A program made the translations under genes and the position numbers. The notes under the pieces are model-generated. The model saw only the letters and a list, made by a program, of their open reading frames with translations. It was not told the DNA's origin and did no database searches. Below, piece by piece: positions 1 through 13,576 of a DNA stretch of 64,000 nucleotides. Source of the stretch: Mustelus asterias (lineage: Eukaryota). The stretch's first letter is position 1. Every line of letters starts with the position of its first letter. The DNA lies in assembly GCF_964213995.1 (NCBI RefSeq), contig NC_135804.1, forward strand, positions 33,914,001 to 33,978,000, written 5' to 3'.

Positions 1-1328
1 CGTCGCGACATTCCGGCGCCTGTTCAGGTACCCTGAGGGAGAATTTAGCATGGCCAGTGCACCTAACCAGCACGTCTTTCGGACTTGAGGTTGGTGAGGT
101 GGTGTCAAAGAGCAAAGATGAGTTTGGTGGCGCACATTTCGGGGAGACAGAGGAATACCCAACTCATATTGGAATCAAGAGAATGGAAGATCCAACTGAC
201 GTAGAAGAGTTTACAGACCGGAGTAATGGACAGGGGTTCTTCAGCAGAATCATCAAGACTTAGAGGAAAGTGAATCAAAAACCTGAATGTAATTTTAGAA
301 CAGTCAGCAATAAAATCATGAGCGTGGAAGAAAGTACACAATGAACCCAGTCACAACTCAGGCACAGAATTAAATCCTACTTGCAATTTATTCCATCCAT
401 GTGCAACCACTTAACTTCAATGGTCACCTTGTAAACCTTACTTTATTACACTGACTCTTCTTCCTTCCTGCAACTTCCTGCTCCTCTCTGGATAATTTCA
501 AGGCCAGCTGCAGTAGTTGCTGGGAGCTTGGGTGGAATTTAATGTCCAACCCTTTGGTGAGTTTGGTTACGGGATAGCAGGGAGAGTGGGAGTTGGGGTT
601 CCTGCCACCTGCGCCCTGATCGAGTCCATGGCAAGAAGGCTTGTGGATAGCGTTCCCTGCCCCACCATCAACTGAGGCCCTTAGTGGGCAAATAAATGCC
701 CACTTTTAAAGGTTTTATCCCCCTGCTACTGGTATTCACCCACTGGTAGATCGGGCCTCGCCACGCAGGAAGTCTGGAAAGCAAACCCTTCGGGATTGTT
801 TGTGGACATCCAGGAGGGTCCCTCTTTCAAAAGCAACGGTATCTGGCTGAGCCAGCCTCTTGCCCTTGCTCTCGCCCACTCCCTTGCACTCGCCCACCCA
901 CCATCACTTACCTTTGGCTGGAACCCTTGGTTGATCTTAGGTCTTGTTTGGGTGCAGTACCAGCAGCAGCCACCATCTCCCTGGTGGTGCTGCTGAACAA
1001 TAGGTGTTGCTGGCCTCATATTGGCTGGCAGCTCTTGGCGGGCAGGACGTCTGCCCCTGGCATCCTTGACTGCAGGCACGGTCAAGTGCCTGACTGGCTC
1101 TCCAAGTGGTGGGTGAGACCCTTGCCACCTCCATTAAATACCAGCTGAAGCTCATTGCAAAAATCAGCCAAGGTCTGCTTATGAGCAGCCAGGCAACTGC
1201 TAATGCATTAACCACATAACACTATTTGTGAAATCAAACTCAAAAGTTCCAATATGAATATAATTGTGCATGGGGGGAGGTGGGATTGGAGAAAAGATTC
1301 TTTTGTGAGTTTAGATTTCAGCACTTAC

Positions 1329-1412
1329 CTTAATTCAACCAAGCTGCGATTTGTTTTTATTGCTTGTGCCATGTACTTTGCACCTTCGTCCCCAATCTTG
1401 TTGAACTGTAAG
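1329..1412 (-). CDS. NLR LRR exon (GLQFNKIGDEGAKYMAQAIKTNRSLVEL); gene probably continues beyond the window start
   Basis: 84 nt, phase 2-2, CCTACTTCAG| ... |GTAAGT; RI-type LRR; no convincing terminal exon in 1..1328. Confidence 0.9.
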
Positions 1413-1565
1413 CTGAAGTAGGACAAAGACTTATATTTTAATAACTGGATAAAAGCAAGTTACTGCGGATGGTGGAATCTGAAACCAAAAGAGAAAATGC
1501 TGGAAAATCTCAGCAGGTCTGGCAGCATCTGTAAGGAGAGAAAAGAGTTGACGTTACACTCTACT

Positions 1566-2208
1566 TGAGACTTAGCAGGAGATCATGGCACCTCATTGAA
1601 ATGCATCGGTCTATTGTTAGAAGTCCAGATCGGGCCAGACTTTCTGTCACCAAGAGATCCTGTAGAAACCTTACCTGATAACAAGTTTAACAACATGGAG
1701 ATGGACACCTGGGGGGTGGACCCTGGTGTCCTGTCAGGCAGACATCAAGAAACCCACTGGGTATTGGAACCCCCTCCTGGGACCTCATTGGCCAGAAGCC
1801 AGAGAAGTTTCTGGAAAGGCAAGCAGGCTGGGGATAAAGGGACACACTCAAAGGCACACAGCAGCGAAGACTTGACAGGGGAGACAGCCGTGATCATTCG
1901 GAAGACTGACCAGACAAGGAAGGAAGGAAGAAGCGGCCATCGAGACTCACCTTCGTGACGACAGACCAAGGGGACTCAGAGAATCGGGCCTGCAGTTTAA
2001 CCAAACCATCTTTACGGGTAGTATACTTGAATCTGCTGGGGTATCCTCTGGTTTTATGTGGGTAATTTAAGGGTTAATAGTGTTATTTAATAAACTTGTT
2101 GAATCTTTACTTGTGTTTGTCCTTTGTCCACCTTGCAAATAAGGGCACCGGGGTAAAACCTTGGAGTAAGTAAACTGGTTGAAAGTATCTGAGATTAACA
2201 GGTACAAC
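1566..2208 (+). mobile_element. Possible LTR-like element
   Basis: TG start, ...ACAACA end and internal AATAAA, similar to the layout of the 24931 element; no TSD found. Confidence 0.35.
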
Positions 2209-2581
2209 AGTGGGAACTGCTAGCCTATGGAAAGTTCAAGAATTGTTCCAGCAGTGGTTGTCATTTGCTTTGCAGCATGTTAAATCCATTACAAGGTGGT
2301 GACACAGCACACCTCACAGACCTTTTGTTTGTGAACAAATATGAGACGATTGTGTCTCTAGTTACAGCTGGGTGATATAAGTGTTTATCTTAGGTTTATT
2401 AAAATACAATTAATAAAATGCACAAGTAAAAATGTTAACACTTTAACGAGCATACAGATCCTGCTGATCAATATGAGGAACCACTGTGCAGACGTCAAAG
2501 CAAACAGTGCAACTCCGAGATTCAGTAATATAGCAAAGTACTGCTCAGAATTTGTTTTTATCCATAGGCTAAAGAACATAC

Positions 2582-2665
2582 CCGAAAACTCGCAATGTTG
2601 TATTGATCTCCAGCGCTTTAGCTATTGAATGGGCACCTTTGGTTCTGATAGTATTTGCTCTTAAT
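2582..2665 (-). CDS. NLR LRR exon (GLRANTIRTKGAHSIAKALEINTTLRVF)
   Basis: 84 nt, phase 2-2, TTTTCTCCAG| ... |GTATGT; RI-type LRR. Confidence 0.9.
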
Positions 2666-2929
2666 CTGGAGAAAATAAAGAGATTTATTTTAGGGAAGAG
2701 AACTAAGCATTGCAGTCATCACAACAGCAGTGTAGCAAAATCATTTTTTTCCTGCAAGTTTGATAAGCATTCTAATTTGCCAGATTAAGGAGAGCCTGTG
2801 GCACAGTGGTACTGTCACTGGACTAGTAATCCAGAGACCGAGGTTCGTAATCCCACCACGACAGATAGTGAAATTTGAATTCAATAAAAATTTGGAATTA
2901 AAAGTCTAAGATGAAAACAAGAAAGAGAA

Positions 2930-3540
2930 GCAGGACCAGGCCACCAGGCCCTTCAAGCTCTGCCCTGTCATTCAATATGATCATGGCTGATCTATGCCGG
3001 CCTCAACTCCTTTTCTGTGCCATTTCCCCATAGCCCTCTATTCCTTGATCTATCAAATATTTATTCATCTTCACTTAAAATATTTCTAATGATCCAGCCT
3101 CTACCACCCTTTGGGGCAGAGAATTCTGTTATATCTGCACGAAGAAATTTCTACACACCTCACTTTTAAATGACCAGCCCTTTATCTTGTAGCCATGTCC
3201 CCTTGTTTGAGACTCTCCCACTAGTGAAACCATCTACCCTGTCAAGCCCACTCAGGATCTTGTATGTTTGAATAAGTTCACTCCTCACTCTTCTAAACTC
3301 CAAGGAATACAGACCCAGACTATTTAATCTCTCTTGATAGGACAACCTCCTCATCCCAGGAACTAGCCTGGTGAATCTCCTTTGCTCTGCCTCCAATGCT
3401 ACTATATCTGTTTTTAGATAAGGGAACCAAAACTGTACACCATATTCCAGGTGAGACCTCACCAACACCCTGTACAATTGCAACAAAACCTCCCTATTTT
3501 TAAACTCCAACCCCTTTGCAATAAAGGCCATGAAACCATT
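2930..3540 (-). mobile_element. CR1/HER1-like LINE 3' fragment nested in an older SINE
   Basis: RT C-terminal motifs LYRVLVRSHLEYGVQFW...RRFTRL; SINE halves at about 2790-2910 and 3540-3665. Confidence 0.82.
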
Positions 3541-3694
3541 GTCGTAAAAACCCATCTGGTTTGCAAATGGAAGGAAATCAGCCATTCTTACCTGGTCTGG
3601 CTCTTAACTGTCCTCTGAAATGGCTTAGCAAGCCACTTAATTCAAGGGCAGGGACGGGCAACAAATAGTGCCCTGGCCAATGTAAAATACATAC

Positions 3695-3778
3695 CCCAAT
3701 GTTTTCAGACTGCTGTTTGTTTTCAACGCTTCAGCTATCTGGGCTGCTCCTTTCTCCCTTATGGAGTTGTGCTTCAAC
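3695..3778 (-). CDS. NLR LRR exon (RLKHNSIREKGAAQIAEALKTNSSLKTL)
   Basis: 84 nt, phase 2-2, TCTTCACAG| ... |GTATGT; RI-type LRR; absent from the ORF track. Confidence 0.9.
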
Positions 3779-4619
3779 CTGTGAAGATTCCAGATATTCA
3801 GTCATTGTATCATATGTCTGGCCTTGAAGTTAGAGATAACCAGATATTATGTGCAGACACTCAATCATCTCAATTGTAGTTTCTGATTTAATGATAATTG
3901 GTTTGGAACTATTCCTGATTAGTTATCATTTTTGCATGGCTTATGGGGAATTATTTACTGCAGTAAATAAAATGCAGGTTCTTACAATAGAGACTGAATA
4001 GAAAGTAGCTATTTTCATGTGTTAAACAGAGTTCATTTCATTGCGTGTCATATATATTCCACTGCTTGTCATGAGCACCAGGAATACGATGCTGTTAGAA
4101 AACTGGCTTGGAATAGTTAGCACACCAAAACACACACACGATCGACATCGTAATCATTGAAAATTCTAGAATTTAATTACTACGTTTCTGCTACTCCACA
4201 TATTTAGCATCATTAACTTTTAATGAGCCCCCTTTCCCCATTATGGTATTTGCAGTCAGTATATAAACAAAAAAAGCTAAATTAATTAACAACAGAAAAT
4301 GATATTATTCATCATTTTTTTTTATCAGGTTGATTTTTCAGACAGTCACAGTAAAATACAATTTTCACAATTTTATAAAGTACAAACGTTATGAATCTTC
4401 AAACATCTTTGTATGATATAACAGTTGGAAGAAAGAGCTCATAACAAACTTTATCACTCTTGGGATGAGAATTTTAGCCCTAAAAATATTTTTTCAACCA
4501 AGTTTCAATCTTTTCTCTATATTTTTTGTACTTAACCAAAACTTGTAGTTCATCTTTAATCTTATTGCGATGCCAGTTTAATAATGTGGTGTACAAAAGT
4601 GGAGCAGTTGGAATTTTAC

Positions 4620-4706
4620 CTTAAGATTTCTATTCTACACCTTTCGCTTTTGAGTGCATTTGCAATGATCTCTGCTCCTTCATCCTCCAGCATGTTCCCC
4701 TCTAAA
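4620..4706 (-). CDS. NLR LRR exon (SLEGNMLEDEGAEIIANALKSERCRIEIL)
   Basis: 87 nt, phase 2-2, TTTACAG| ... |GTAAAA; ribonuclease-inhibitor-type LRR consensus. Confidence 0.9.
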
Positions 4707-4836
4707 CTGTAAATTAAAACATATATCTTTTTGTTAGTTCTGCCTTTGTAAATGCCGAATGTATTTTTGAAGTTATTTGCAGAGCTATAATTATTCAATT
4801 TAAGTTGTGCTAGCATATTCTCACATACTAAACAGG

Positions 4837-4968
4837 TGATGTGGAGATGTCGGCATTGGACTGAGGTGGGCACAGTAAGAAGCCTCAAAACACCAGGTTA
4901 AAGTCCAACAGGTTTATTTGGAATCATGAGCTTTCGGAGCGCTGCTCCTTCCTGAAGAAGGAGCGAGA
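4837..4968 (-). mobile_element. Penelope-like pLTR fragment
   Basis: Same GATGTGGAGATG...CACCAGGTTAAAGTCCAACAGGTTTATTTGG sequence as the element at 52656. Confidence 0.6.
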
Positions 4969-6054
4969 CTAAACTAAACCAGAGTTTCGTATTGGGCGGA
5001 ATGTACGGTTTTTAATGGAGTTTCCCACTGAATGTACCCCTCGCCACAATGAAATTCGGGGGGGGGGGGGGGGTGTGTGTCATTGGCAGGACTGGAAGAT
5101 CCCGCCAGCAGGAATGGCCAAGAAGGTCTGGCCATTGTCTCTTATTCACACTTAACAACAACATGTATAGCAGCTTTAACATAGATGAATATTCAAATAC
5201 ACTTAACAAAGGCATAAGGGAAAACTCGATGATGAGCAAAAGGAGGCGATATTAGAGGGATGGCCAATGACTGGGTCCTGGAAGTAAGATTTTTTAGGAG
5301 AGGGGCTGGATAGGGCAAAGGGTTTAAGAACATTAATCCAAAACATGGGAGCTAAATGCACCTTTGCCAATGATGGGGTGAGGGAATGGAGAAATGCTCA
5401 AGAATTTAAAGGTAGAAGTATAGAATTTGCAGGAGGGCTTATAGGAAGTTTGAGAGGTTATGCTGAAAAAAGAAACATGTTGAAACTTTTTGTCTTGCAT
5501 TCATCAGAACATTTTGTAAGAGTACCAGTATAAGGAGAGAACAACAATTTATACTGTATGAGAAGAGAGTACTGATTGGTTGGCAAGTGGACTCTGGCAA
5601 GAGTTGAGTGACAATCTTAAAATTGTCCATTTTGCTCGCAATGTGGTGCATTTGCATGTACTGAATGCTCCATATATTAACACACAGGACCCTGTTCTTT
5701 ACAGACAGAAAGAACATGTAAACACATTGTGCCTGTTTCAGCTAGACACAATTAATGACAACCATTAGCTGATTCATTTCCCAGGACAATGCCTTGACCA
5801 ATCAGGGTCAAGCTGCCTGTTTTAACTCTCAAACAATGCTCGTCAGTTATCTGTCAGTCACGGCCAACTAGTACATTCTCCATGACAATGCCTCAAGTTT
5901 TCCAGCCAATGAAGTGCTTTTCGAGTGTTGTAATGTAGAAAATGTGACAGCGAATTTGAACACATCAAGTTCCCACAGACAACAATACTAAGATAATGAC
6001 CAGATAACTTGTTTTAGTAATGGTGGCTGAGAGATAATAATTGGCCAGAACGCC

Positions 6055-6903
6055 AATGAATATTTGATCATATATATGAGGTTAATTTGTAATAAATCAC
6101 AGCATTAGTGAAAAATGAGCCAATTTAGGTCAAAGAGCAGGAGGATAATGGCTGACATGTCAGTCACATGCCTGACACCAGACTCTTGAAGTAACTGCTC
6201 CATCTCCATGATAAACAATAATCTCCCAGGACCAAAACAGAAACGCTTTAAAGCCATACTATCCTCTAAATAGTATGATGGGTCATCAACATCCACTTGA
6301 GATTGTTGACAGGCCCCTAGTTTAACATCCGATCCAGAAGATAGCACCTCCAACAGTGCATGATTCTGTCAGTACTGTAGCAGAATGCCATCCTGAAATG
6401 CGTGCTCAAATCAAATCTCACTCAGAGGTGACAGTGCCAACTCCTAGCAACAGCTGACATCACATTGAGTGGCCAACATCACTGTGCTGGAAAAAAATAT
6501 CTTAGGCAAGACCCAAACTTTCAATAGCTAGTCATAGCAAGTAACTACAATAACTATCTAAGCATTTTAAACTAAAGGTGTTCATGTGGCCTGCTGGTGA
6601 GTGACCTGCTAGCAAATCATAGAGTCTTACAGCATAGAAAAGGTCCTTCGGCCCATTGAGTCTGCACCGATAATAACTACCAATAAAGGCGCACTAATCC
6701 CAGGCTTTAACGCGTTTCTGTTTTGGTCCTGGGAGATTATTGTTCATCATGGAGATGGAGCAGTTACTTCGAGAGTCTGGTGTCAGGCATGTGACTGACA
6801 TGTCAGCCATTATCCTCCTGCTCTTTGACTTACATTGGCTCATTTTTCTCTAATGCTGTGATTAATTACAAATTAAACTCATATATATGATCAAATATTC
6901 ATT
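6055..6903. repeat. About 200-bp inverted duplication (arms 6055-6255 and 6703-6903) in the NLR intron
   Basis: The arms are reverse complements with only scattered mismatches; spacer about 450 bp. Confidence 0.9.
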
Positions 6904-7080
6904 TTCTCATGTTCAGTGTTTTTGCTGTTTTAATAAAGTTCAGGCTAAAATATATGAATTATAAGTAAAGATTTGAAATATTAGCCACAGTATAAATGAA
7001 TCACTTACCAGACAACTCCACTTGAAAGTCAAAAAGTAACCTTAAGATATATTATAGCCATGTGTGCAGATAGTATCATA

Positions 7081-7370
7081 GGGTGGCACGGTGGCTCAGC
7101 GGTTAGCGCTGCTGCCTCACAGTGCCAAGGACCCGGGTTCAATTCCCGGCTTGAGTCACTGTCTGTGTGGAGTCTGCACGTCCTCCCCATGTCAGCATGG
7201 GTTTCCTCCAGTTTCCTCCCACAGTCCGAAAGACTCGCTGGTTAGGTGCATTGGCCATGCTAAATTCTCCTTCAGTGTACCCGAACAGGCGCCGGAGTGT
7301 GGCGACTAGGGGATTTTCACAGTAACTTCATTGCAGTGTTAACGTAAGACTACTTGTGACACTAATAAGT
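7081..7370 (+). mobile_element. HE1-like tRNA-derived SINE
   Basis: A/B-box head GGTGGCTCAGCGGTTAGC...GGGTTCAATTCCC and conserved body GTGTGGAGTCTGCACGTCCTCCCC. Confidence 0.85.
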
Positions 7371-7537
7371 AATATTTAAGTGCAAAGCATAAGACTCATC
7401 TGTCTGACTGACAGTCTATAGGGGAATAAATATATTTACATCAGTAGATTTATCTTTAAAAGGCACGGTTGCTGATCCACCAAAATTCCAGAGCATTTCT
7501 GTAACTTCTAATTCATGTCTAAAAATAGTTTTAATAC

Positions 7538-9275
7538 CTCAATATCTTGACTCTTGAGAAAATACACTCCAGTCTTTGGAAGCCAGAAGCTCCGGCTTTA
7601 CATCCATCTAATTCCAATGTTTCAATAGTTGGATAGTAAGAAAGAAGGTTTGCGATTGCTGTGCAGTCAGTCACATTCAAAGAAATGTAAGAAAAATTTA
7701 CTACATCACTGGTTTGGGAGGTAACAAGTTGCGTTAAACTTTCATTTGCTGCTTCATAGAGACAATGCGAGGCAGTTAGCTTTTGTCTTTTGTGAACGGT
7801 ATATTTTGTAATATTTTCAGGAGTTATCGTGTCTTCTTTTGGAACTTCGACTGCAGCCACATTCTTGATGGCATCGAGGACTTCCGCTTCTTTCAGTTGA
7901 TGTTGAGGCATCAACTGTTTCACAAGTTTCCTGTTGCTGTGAGAGACCAGGCCAGCAGTGAATCTCAGCACAATCTCAAACACATTGCTCTTTGAACTGA
8001 AGGCTTTATGCACATGATCCATACCGGGCTCATTTGCAGAAACGCAATAGAGTGCGGCAAAAAACTCCTGATGTGTCAGATGGAAAAACTGCCAAATGTG
8101 GGATTGCATCATCTTCAGACTCTCTTTGGTGAGAATTTTCTTCCAGAAGGATTTTTTATCCGGGGGGTTTTGGGCGAGGTTCCTTTCAATGTCTTTTGCT
8201 GAGAATATTATTGTTTTATTGATGATTCCGTCCCACGCAATTTGTGCCAATTTAATGATTTCATTCTTGTCTTTGTCGTCTTCAATGCAGAAGGACTCAG
8301 GGTCTTCTTCCTCACCACTGCCACAGACCAGCAAACACTTGGTGAATCTGAGGAACAAATCCGTGATTGTCCTTGGAAAGGAAGAGATCTGAGACCACTT
8401 GCCTTTACAGTGGAAGGACTTGTGGAGGTAGAAACACAGGATGTCACAGAATGCAGGAACATAGCAAAGTCCAAACAAAGAATCGATGCTCTTCACTGTT
8501 CGAAAGACATAATCAGCAACTTTTTTATCTTTGAGGCACTTCAAAAAGTATGCATCAATTTCCTTTGTGGAAAATCCTAAAATCTCAGCACATCGATTAA
8601 AATATGTTTTGTGATCTAAATCAATAGTGGTTGGGCGAGATGTAATAAGGACAGTTGCCTCAGGAAGTAGGTTTCCCTTTATGATATTTACAATTAAACT
8701 GTTAATATGTTGAGCAATGGACCGGTCGACAACTGAGCGACTGTTAAATTCAAGAGGCAATTTGAATTCATCCAATCCGTCAAATAAAAACAGGATCCTG
8801 CGAGGAAATTCCAGTATCTTATCGCACGACGCTCTCAGATGAGGGTAGCTCTGTACTATAAGTTCAGTCAGGCTAATTTTTTCCTTGATTGTGTTTAACT
8901 CCCGAAAACTGAAATAAAGCAGTACATAAAATCCAGTATAAATCATTCCACAGGCCCAACTGTGAGCAAGCTTCTGCATCGTAACGCTTTTGCCGATGCC
9001 TGCCACTCCTTGCACGAGAGTGACTCGGGGCGGCTTTTCCCCAGGTGCAGATGGCGACAGAAGCTGTTTTATGTCTATCCGCTCACATGCCGTGTAGTCT
9101 CTGTGTTGCAGGAGTTCATGTTCAGTTTTATTCCTTTCTCGCACATTGAGAATGACGAGGCTGGTGAAACGTTCCTGCAGCAATGGTCTGCTGTTATCAA
9201 ATACAAAGTACGGTTTGATTCTCTCCATCTGTGCTTGCAATGTGCATTTATGTGTGGCCACCGCTTCAGAGATTT
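7538..9275 (-). CDS. Ig-NLR gene exon 6: NACHT NTPase, HD1/WH/HD2 and first LRR (NLRC-type NOD-like receptor)
   Basis: Acceptor CTTGTAATTACAG| (phase 1), donor AG|GTATT (phase 2); 1738 nt open. Walker A GVAGIGKS, Walker B ILFLFDGLDEF, sensor-1 VLITSRP, LCYVPAFC, winged-helix FFHLTHQEFFAALY. Confidence 0.95.
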
Positions 9276-10213
9276 CTGTAATTACAAGAGGAAAGTAATG
9301 AGCCACAGTGGAGCCCACATTTTCTACCATCATGAGCAGGGCTCCTCAGTGAATTACACAGCATGACACATACCCCTGTGCCACCAGATTTGGGACGTTA
9401 CACATGTGATAAATTAATACAACAGGCACAAAATGAAAACAAGTACGATCCAAATCACAGAAAACAAATGTAATGTTTCTTTGGTCTATGAGATTGATTT
9501 ATATCAAACCCAGGAGAATGGCGTTTGTGTTCGATGAAATGGGACATCTGTTGTAAGGCTTTGCCCCATGACAATAAAGGCTTATCTGGAAGGCAAATAC
9601 TAAGAACCTGGGCAATGGAGGTTTCACTGTGTATATAAAGGAATATGAGCCATCTGAGAAAGTGCAGTTCATTTTAAGAATTCAAATGTCTCTTGTAAAA
9701 ATACATGAAGGTAACAACAGCAGGCAGATTCAAATTTTAATTTATTCCATTCTACTAAGTAGTAAATATAGCATATTATTAAAATCAGCTGGCAGGAGTA
9801 TTTGACAGCTTGATTGTCCCATAATATTGCCAAGGCACAAAATGCAGTTGCGTGATCACCTGTAAAGTAGCACAACCTCTGGATGCTTCCTGAATGTAGC
9901 AAACATGTAATGTTTTGCATGACTTAAAAATTATTATACTTAGAATAGTATGATTAATTTCACCTCGCACCACAGTTCACATATCATTCATGAAGTTAAA
10001 CCTGCTTTGCCTTCAAGAAAAATAAAAATTCCACTTTGTTCAAATTCCTTGCAAGATTCTGAGAGTGTCAAGGCTTTAAATAAAAATGAAATCTCTGCCT
10101 AATATCTTGGATATAATTATGGGTTCATTTTTAATGCACATTCTGCAAATCTGGTGTAAAACCTATTCTTTAAGGTATATTTTTATTTTTAACAAATGAG
10201 TTAACAATGCTAC

Positions 10214-10600
10214 ATGAACCATTATAGAAAGGATGTGATTGCACTGGAGGGGATGCAGAGGAGATTCACCAGGATGATGCCTGGGATGGAACATTTATGT
10301 TATGAAGAGAAGTTGGATAGGCTTGGGCTGTTTTCATTGGAGCAGAGAAGACTGAGGGGCGACCTGATCGAGGTGTACAAGATTATGAGGGGCATGGACA
10401 GGGTGGTTAAGGAGTAGCAGTTCCCCTTATTTGAAGGGTTAGTCATGAGGGGACATAGGTTCAAGATGAGGACAGGAGGTTTAGGGGGGGGATGTGAGGA
10501 GAAACTTTTTTTTACCCAGAGGGTGGTGATGGTCTAGAATGCGCTACCTGGGAGGGTGCTAGAGGTGGGTTGCCTCACATCCTTTTAAAAAGTATCTGGA
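10214..10600 (+). mobile_element. CR1-like LINE 3' fragment
   Basis: QRRFTRMMPG...LGLFSLEQRRLRGDLIEVYK. Confidence 0.85.
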
Positions 10601-10675
10601 TGGTACCAAGAGTGGCACGGTGGCACAGTGGTTAGCCCTGCTGCCTCCTGGCTTTGGTCACTGTGTGTGTGGACA

Positions 10676-10818
10676 TGATGTGGAGTTGCTGGTGTGGGAC
10701 TGGGATAGGCACAGTAAGTAGTCTCACAACACCAGGTTAAAGTCCAACAGGTTTATTTGGCAGCTACCAAATAAAACTGTTGGACTTTAACCTGTTGCTG
10801 TGAGACTACTTACTGTGC
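10676..10818. mobile_element. Penelope-like pLTR fold-back fragment
   Basis: pLTR end followed directly by its inverted copy (CAGGTTAAAGTCCAACAG...CTGTTGGACTTTAACCTG). Confidence 0.6.
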
Positions 10819-11979
10819 CCTATTTTACCATTGTGCGGCGCCCGAATGTGGTAAAGTCGGGTGTGAGGCCATTAACACAATCCGTGCCCGCGCAGATGGT
10901 CACTTTACCAAAATCCAGGAATGGCCACGATCCGCTTCGCGGCCGAAACGGGCGCAACGGCGATTTAAATGTATTTGCATGTATTTCAATTGAATTAATG
11001 AACTGCCCGCTCAACTTTATCAGCATTTCCCCCTTTACCACCATGTTCGCCGATCCGGAATCGCGCCGAAATGAACCTGCTAAATAAAAGTCTGTTTTGG
11101 ACGTTCCAGCTGCTGAAGAGCGAGTTCAGAGTTTCCAACGGCGGCGGGTCAGATGTATCTCTTGGGGGAGGGAGGCCCGGTCGTTGTCTGGTGGGGGGCT
11201 AGGGCCGATCGTTGCCTGGTTTGGGGGGTGGGGCGATCATTGTCTGGTGGGAGGGCGGGGAGGCCTGATCGTTGTCTGGTGGGGGGGGGAGGGCCAATCG
11301 TTGTCTGGTGGTGGGGGAGAGCGGATGGATAAGGGCGGCACGGTAGCACAGTAGTTAGCACTGCTGCTTCACAGCTCCAGGGTCCCGGGTTCAATTCCCG
11401 GCTCGGGTCACTGTCTGTGTGGAGTTTGCACATTCTCCTCGTGTCTGCGTGGGTTTCCTCCGGGTGCTCCGGTTTCCTCCCACAGTCCAAAGATGTGCAG
11501 GTTAGGTTGATTGGCCAGGTTAAAAATTGCCCCTTAGAGTCCTGAGATGCGTAGGTTAGAGGGATTAGCGGGTAAATATGTGGGGGTAGGGCCTGGGTGG
11601 GATTGTGGTCGGTGCAGACTCGATGGGCCGAATGGCCTCCTTCTGCACTGTAGGGATTCTATGATTCTATGATAAGGGGGACAATGATATCTGTGGGGAC
11701 CATCGCTCCCGCTTTTCGCTCCCGGGCCGCTTTCTCCGCTTTTGCGGCCCGGGAGCGATTTGACACGGGCACGTTTTTTCAAATTTTTTTCTAACTGCGC
11801 ATGCGCAGTTCAGAGCTCCGATTGTTTCGGGTGCAATCGGGTGCCCACAGCGTGAATGGGACCCACAATTTTTTTTCCAGGCTGATTGCTAATGGGGGCG
11901 CCTGAAAGCAGATTTCCAAGTCAGATCTGAATTACGCCCAGATTCAGCACTTAGAATGAAAATGGTAACATCAGGCCCA
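10817..11979. mobile_element. Non-autonomous DNA-transposon-like element (TIRs) with nested SINE
   Basis: Ends GCCCTATTTTACCATT ... AATGGTAACATCAGGCCC; a homologous 3' part recurs at about 56090-56590. Confidence 0.5.
11334..11672 (+). mobile_element. HE1-like SINE
   Basis: tRNA-like head, conserved body, CR1-like tail ending (ATTCTATG)n. Confidence 0.88.
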
Positions 11980-13576
11980 CTGTGTCTGTGTGGAGTTTGC
12001 ACATTCTTCCGTGTCCACGTGGGTTTCCTCCGGGTACTCTGGTTTCCTCACACAGCTCAAAGATGTGCGGGTTAGGTGGATCGGCCATGCTAAATTGCCC
12101 CTTAGTGTCAGGGGGACTAGCTAGAGTAACTACATGGTGTTATGGGAGTAGGGCCTGGGTGGGATTGTGGTCAGTGCAGACTCGCTCGGCCAAATGGCCT
12201 CCTTCTGCATCATAGGAGTCTATAATTCGAGGATTCTATGAGCACTTGGCACGTCATAAGATTCAAGGTCAAGTGCTAATAAATGGGATTAGGTGGGATG
12301 TCAGGTGTTTCCTATGTGTCAGTGCAGACTTAATGTGCTGTAGGGCCTCTTTTGCACTGTATGGTCCTATGATTCAAACATTATAGCTGGAATATTCCAA
12401 CCCCTCCAGCCAGTCATGCCACAGCCAATGGATGTGTAAATGCTTGACCGTATCCTCCCCAGGGGAACCCGCCACAGGGATGGGGGGGGGATTGGAGGGG
12501 GTTGCAGGGGGCTGAAAAATTCTGGCCTCTGGGTGGGAATTTCCAGTCCTGACGCCACGAGAATCACCGTGTGCAGGATGGAAAATTTTAACAGGCCAGC
12601 AAAAGGTGCATTGACTTTGGGCAGGAATTTCGTCCCAAGGTGGACAGCACCGGAAAATGGCACCCACTGTGACGTATATATTAGTGTAAGTTCTCTACAG
12701 CAGAGAAAGTGAACTGTTGCATCCTGAGTACAGCAACATAATAAATCATGGAATTAGAAGGAGTCTGCTCTCTAAGAGGTTCATTGACTCCAACGTATCA
12801 TGTACTGTCATGGATTCTATGTAACCCAGAAATACCTCAGGAAGGCAAACTAATTCAGCTAAGACTGAAAACCAAAGACAGAAACATCTATAGACACAAC
12901 TGTGGCCTCGCTAAAACGAGGTGACACACATGTCAATAAAGTTGATGGGGTGGGAAATTTGTTACTGGTGAGTGGATGATCCAGATCAGATGGTGAACCA
13001 GATGGGGAGTTGAAAGGCTGTTGGGGAATATGAAGAAATGTGACATTTGATGTTCAATGAATTATTTGCATGCAACTCTGGCTGGAGGCTGATGTTGGAG
13101 GCCTCCTGAAATGGCTGCTCCTTCCAAAATGGGGATGAAAATCACCCCCTTTATTTGTGAAGATGTTAAACCAAGCATGATCATTGCAGACCCAACAACA
13201 GATACTCACCTCGGAGTCTCACCTCACCTCAGGAAAACTGAAACATGAAGAATCTGCTCCAATATCAATACAGAGGGGGTCGATCGCTGGGAATGCTGGT
13301 GGGGCCTCAAGATCCACAAGTCACAGATCTCGCCGGTGAGATCGTGATCTCGGATCTTCCCCACCCCTCATCGGCCGATGTCATCAGGTTCTCGTCCATA
13401 AGGGGTGTGAACCTGCTTTACGTGATTTAAATAAATTTCAATATGATTAACCCACTCCCTCGCTAGATATTGACACCGTGCTGACATTTACAAGAGTTTC
13501 ACCTAGACATGAATCTGTCCTGGGGGTCTCCCTGGGGGTGCAAAGGTAAGTATAGCCTCTGGGGCAGATATCCACC

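Noticed and set aside
442-507. Candidate further LRR or terminal exon
   Set aside because: Weak acceptor, stop after three codons, no LRR pattern.
7009-7040. Strong donor (CTG|GTAAGT) in the NACHT-LRR intron
   Set aside because: No 84/87-nt phase 2-2 LRR-coding exon upstream of it.
11334-11410. tRNA genes at the many GGTAGCACAGTGGTTAGC...GGTTCGATTCCC motifs
   Set aside because: These are tRNA-derived SINE heads followed by SINE bodies, not tRNA genes.
13210-13237. 28-nt exon-like segment (CAG|...|GTGAGT) between CARD and NACHT
   Set aside because: It has an in-frame TGA and a length not divisible by 3; CARD joins NACHT in frame without it.
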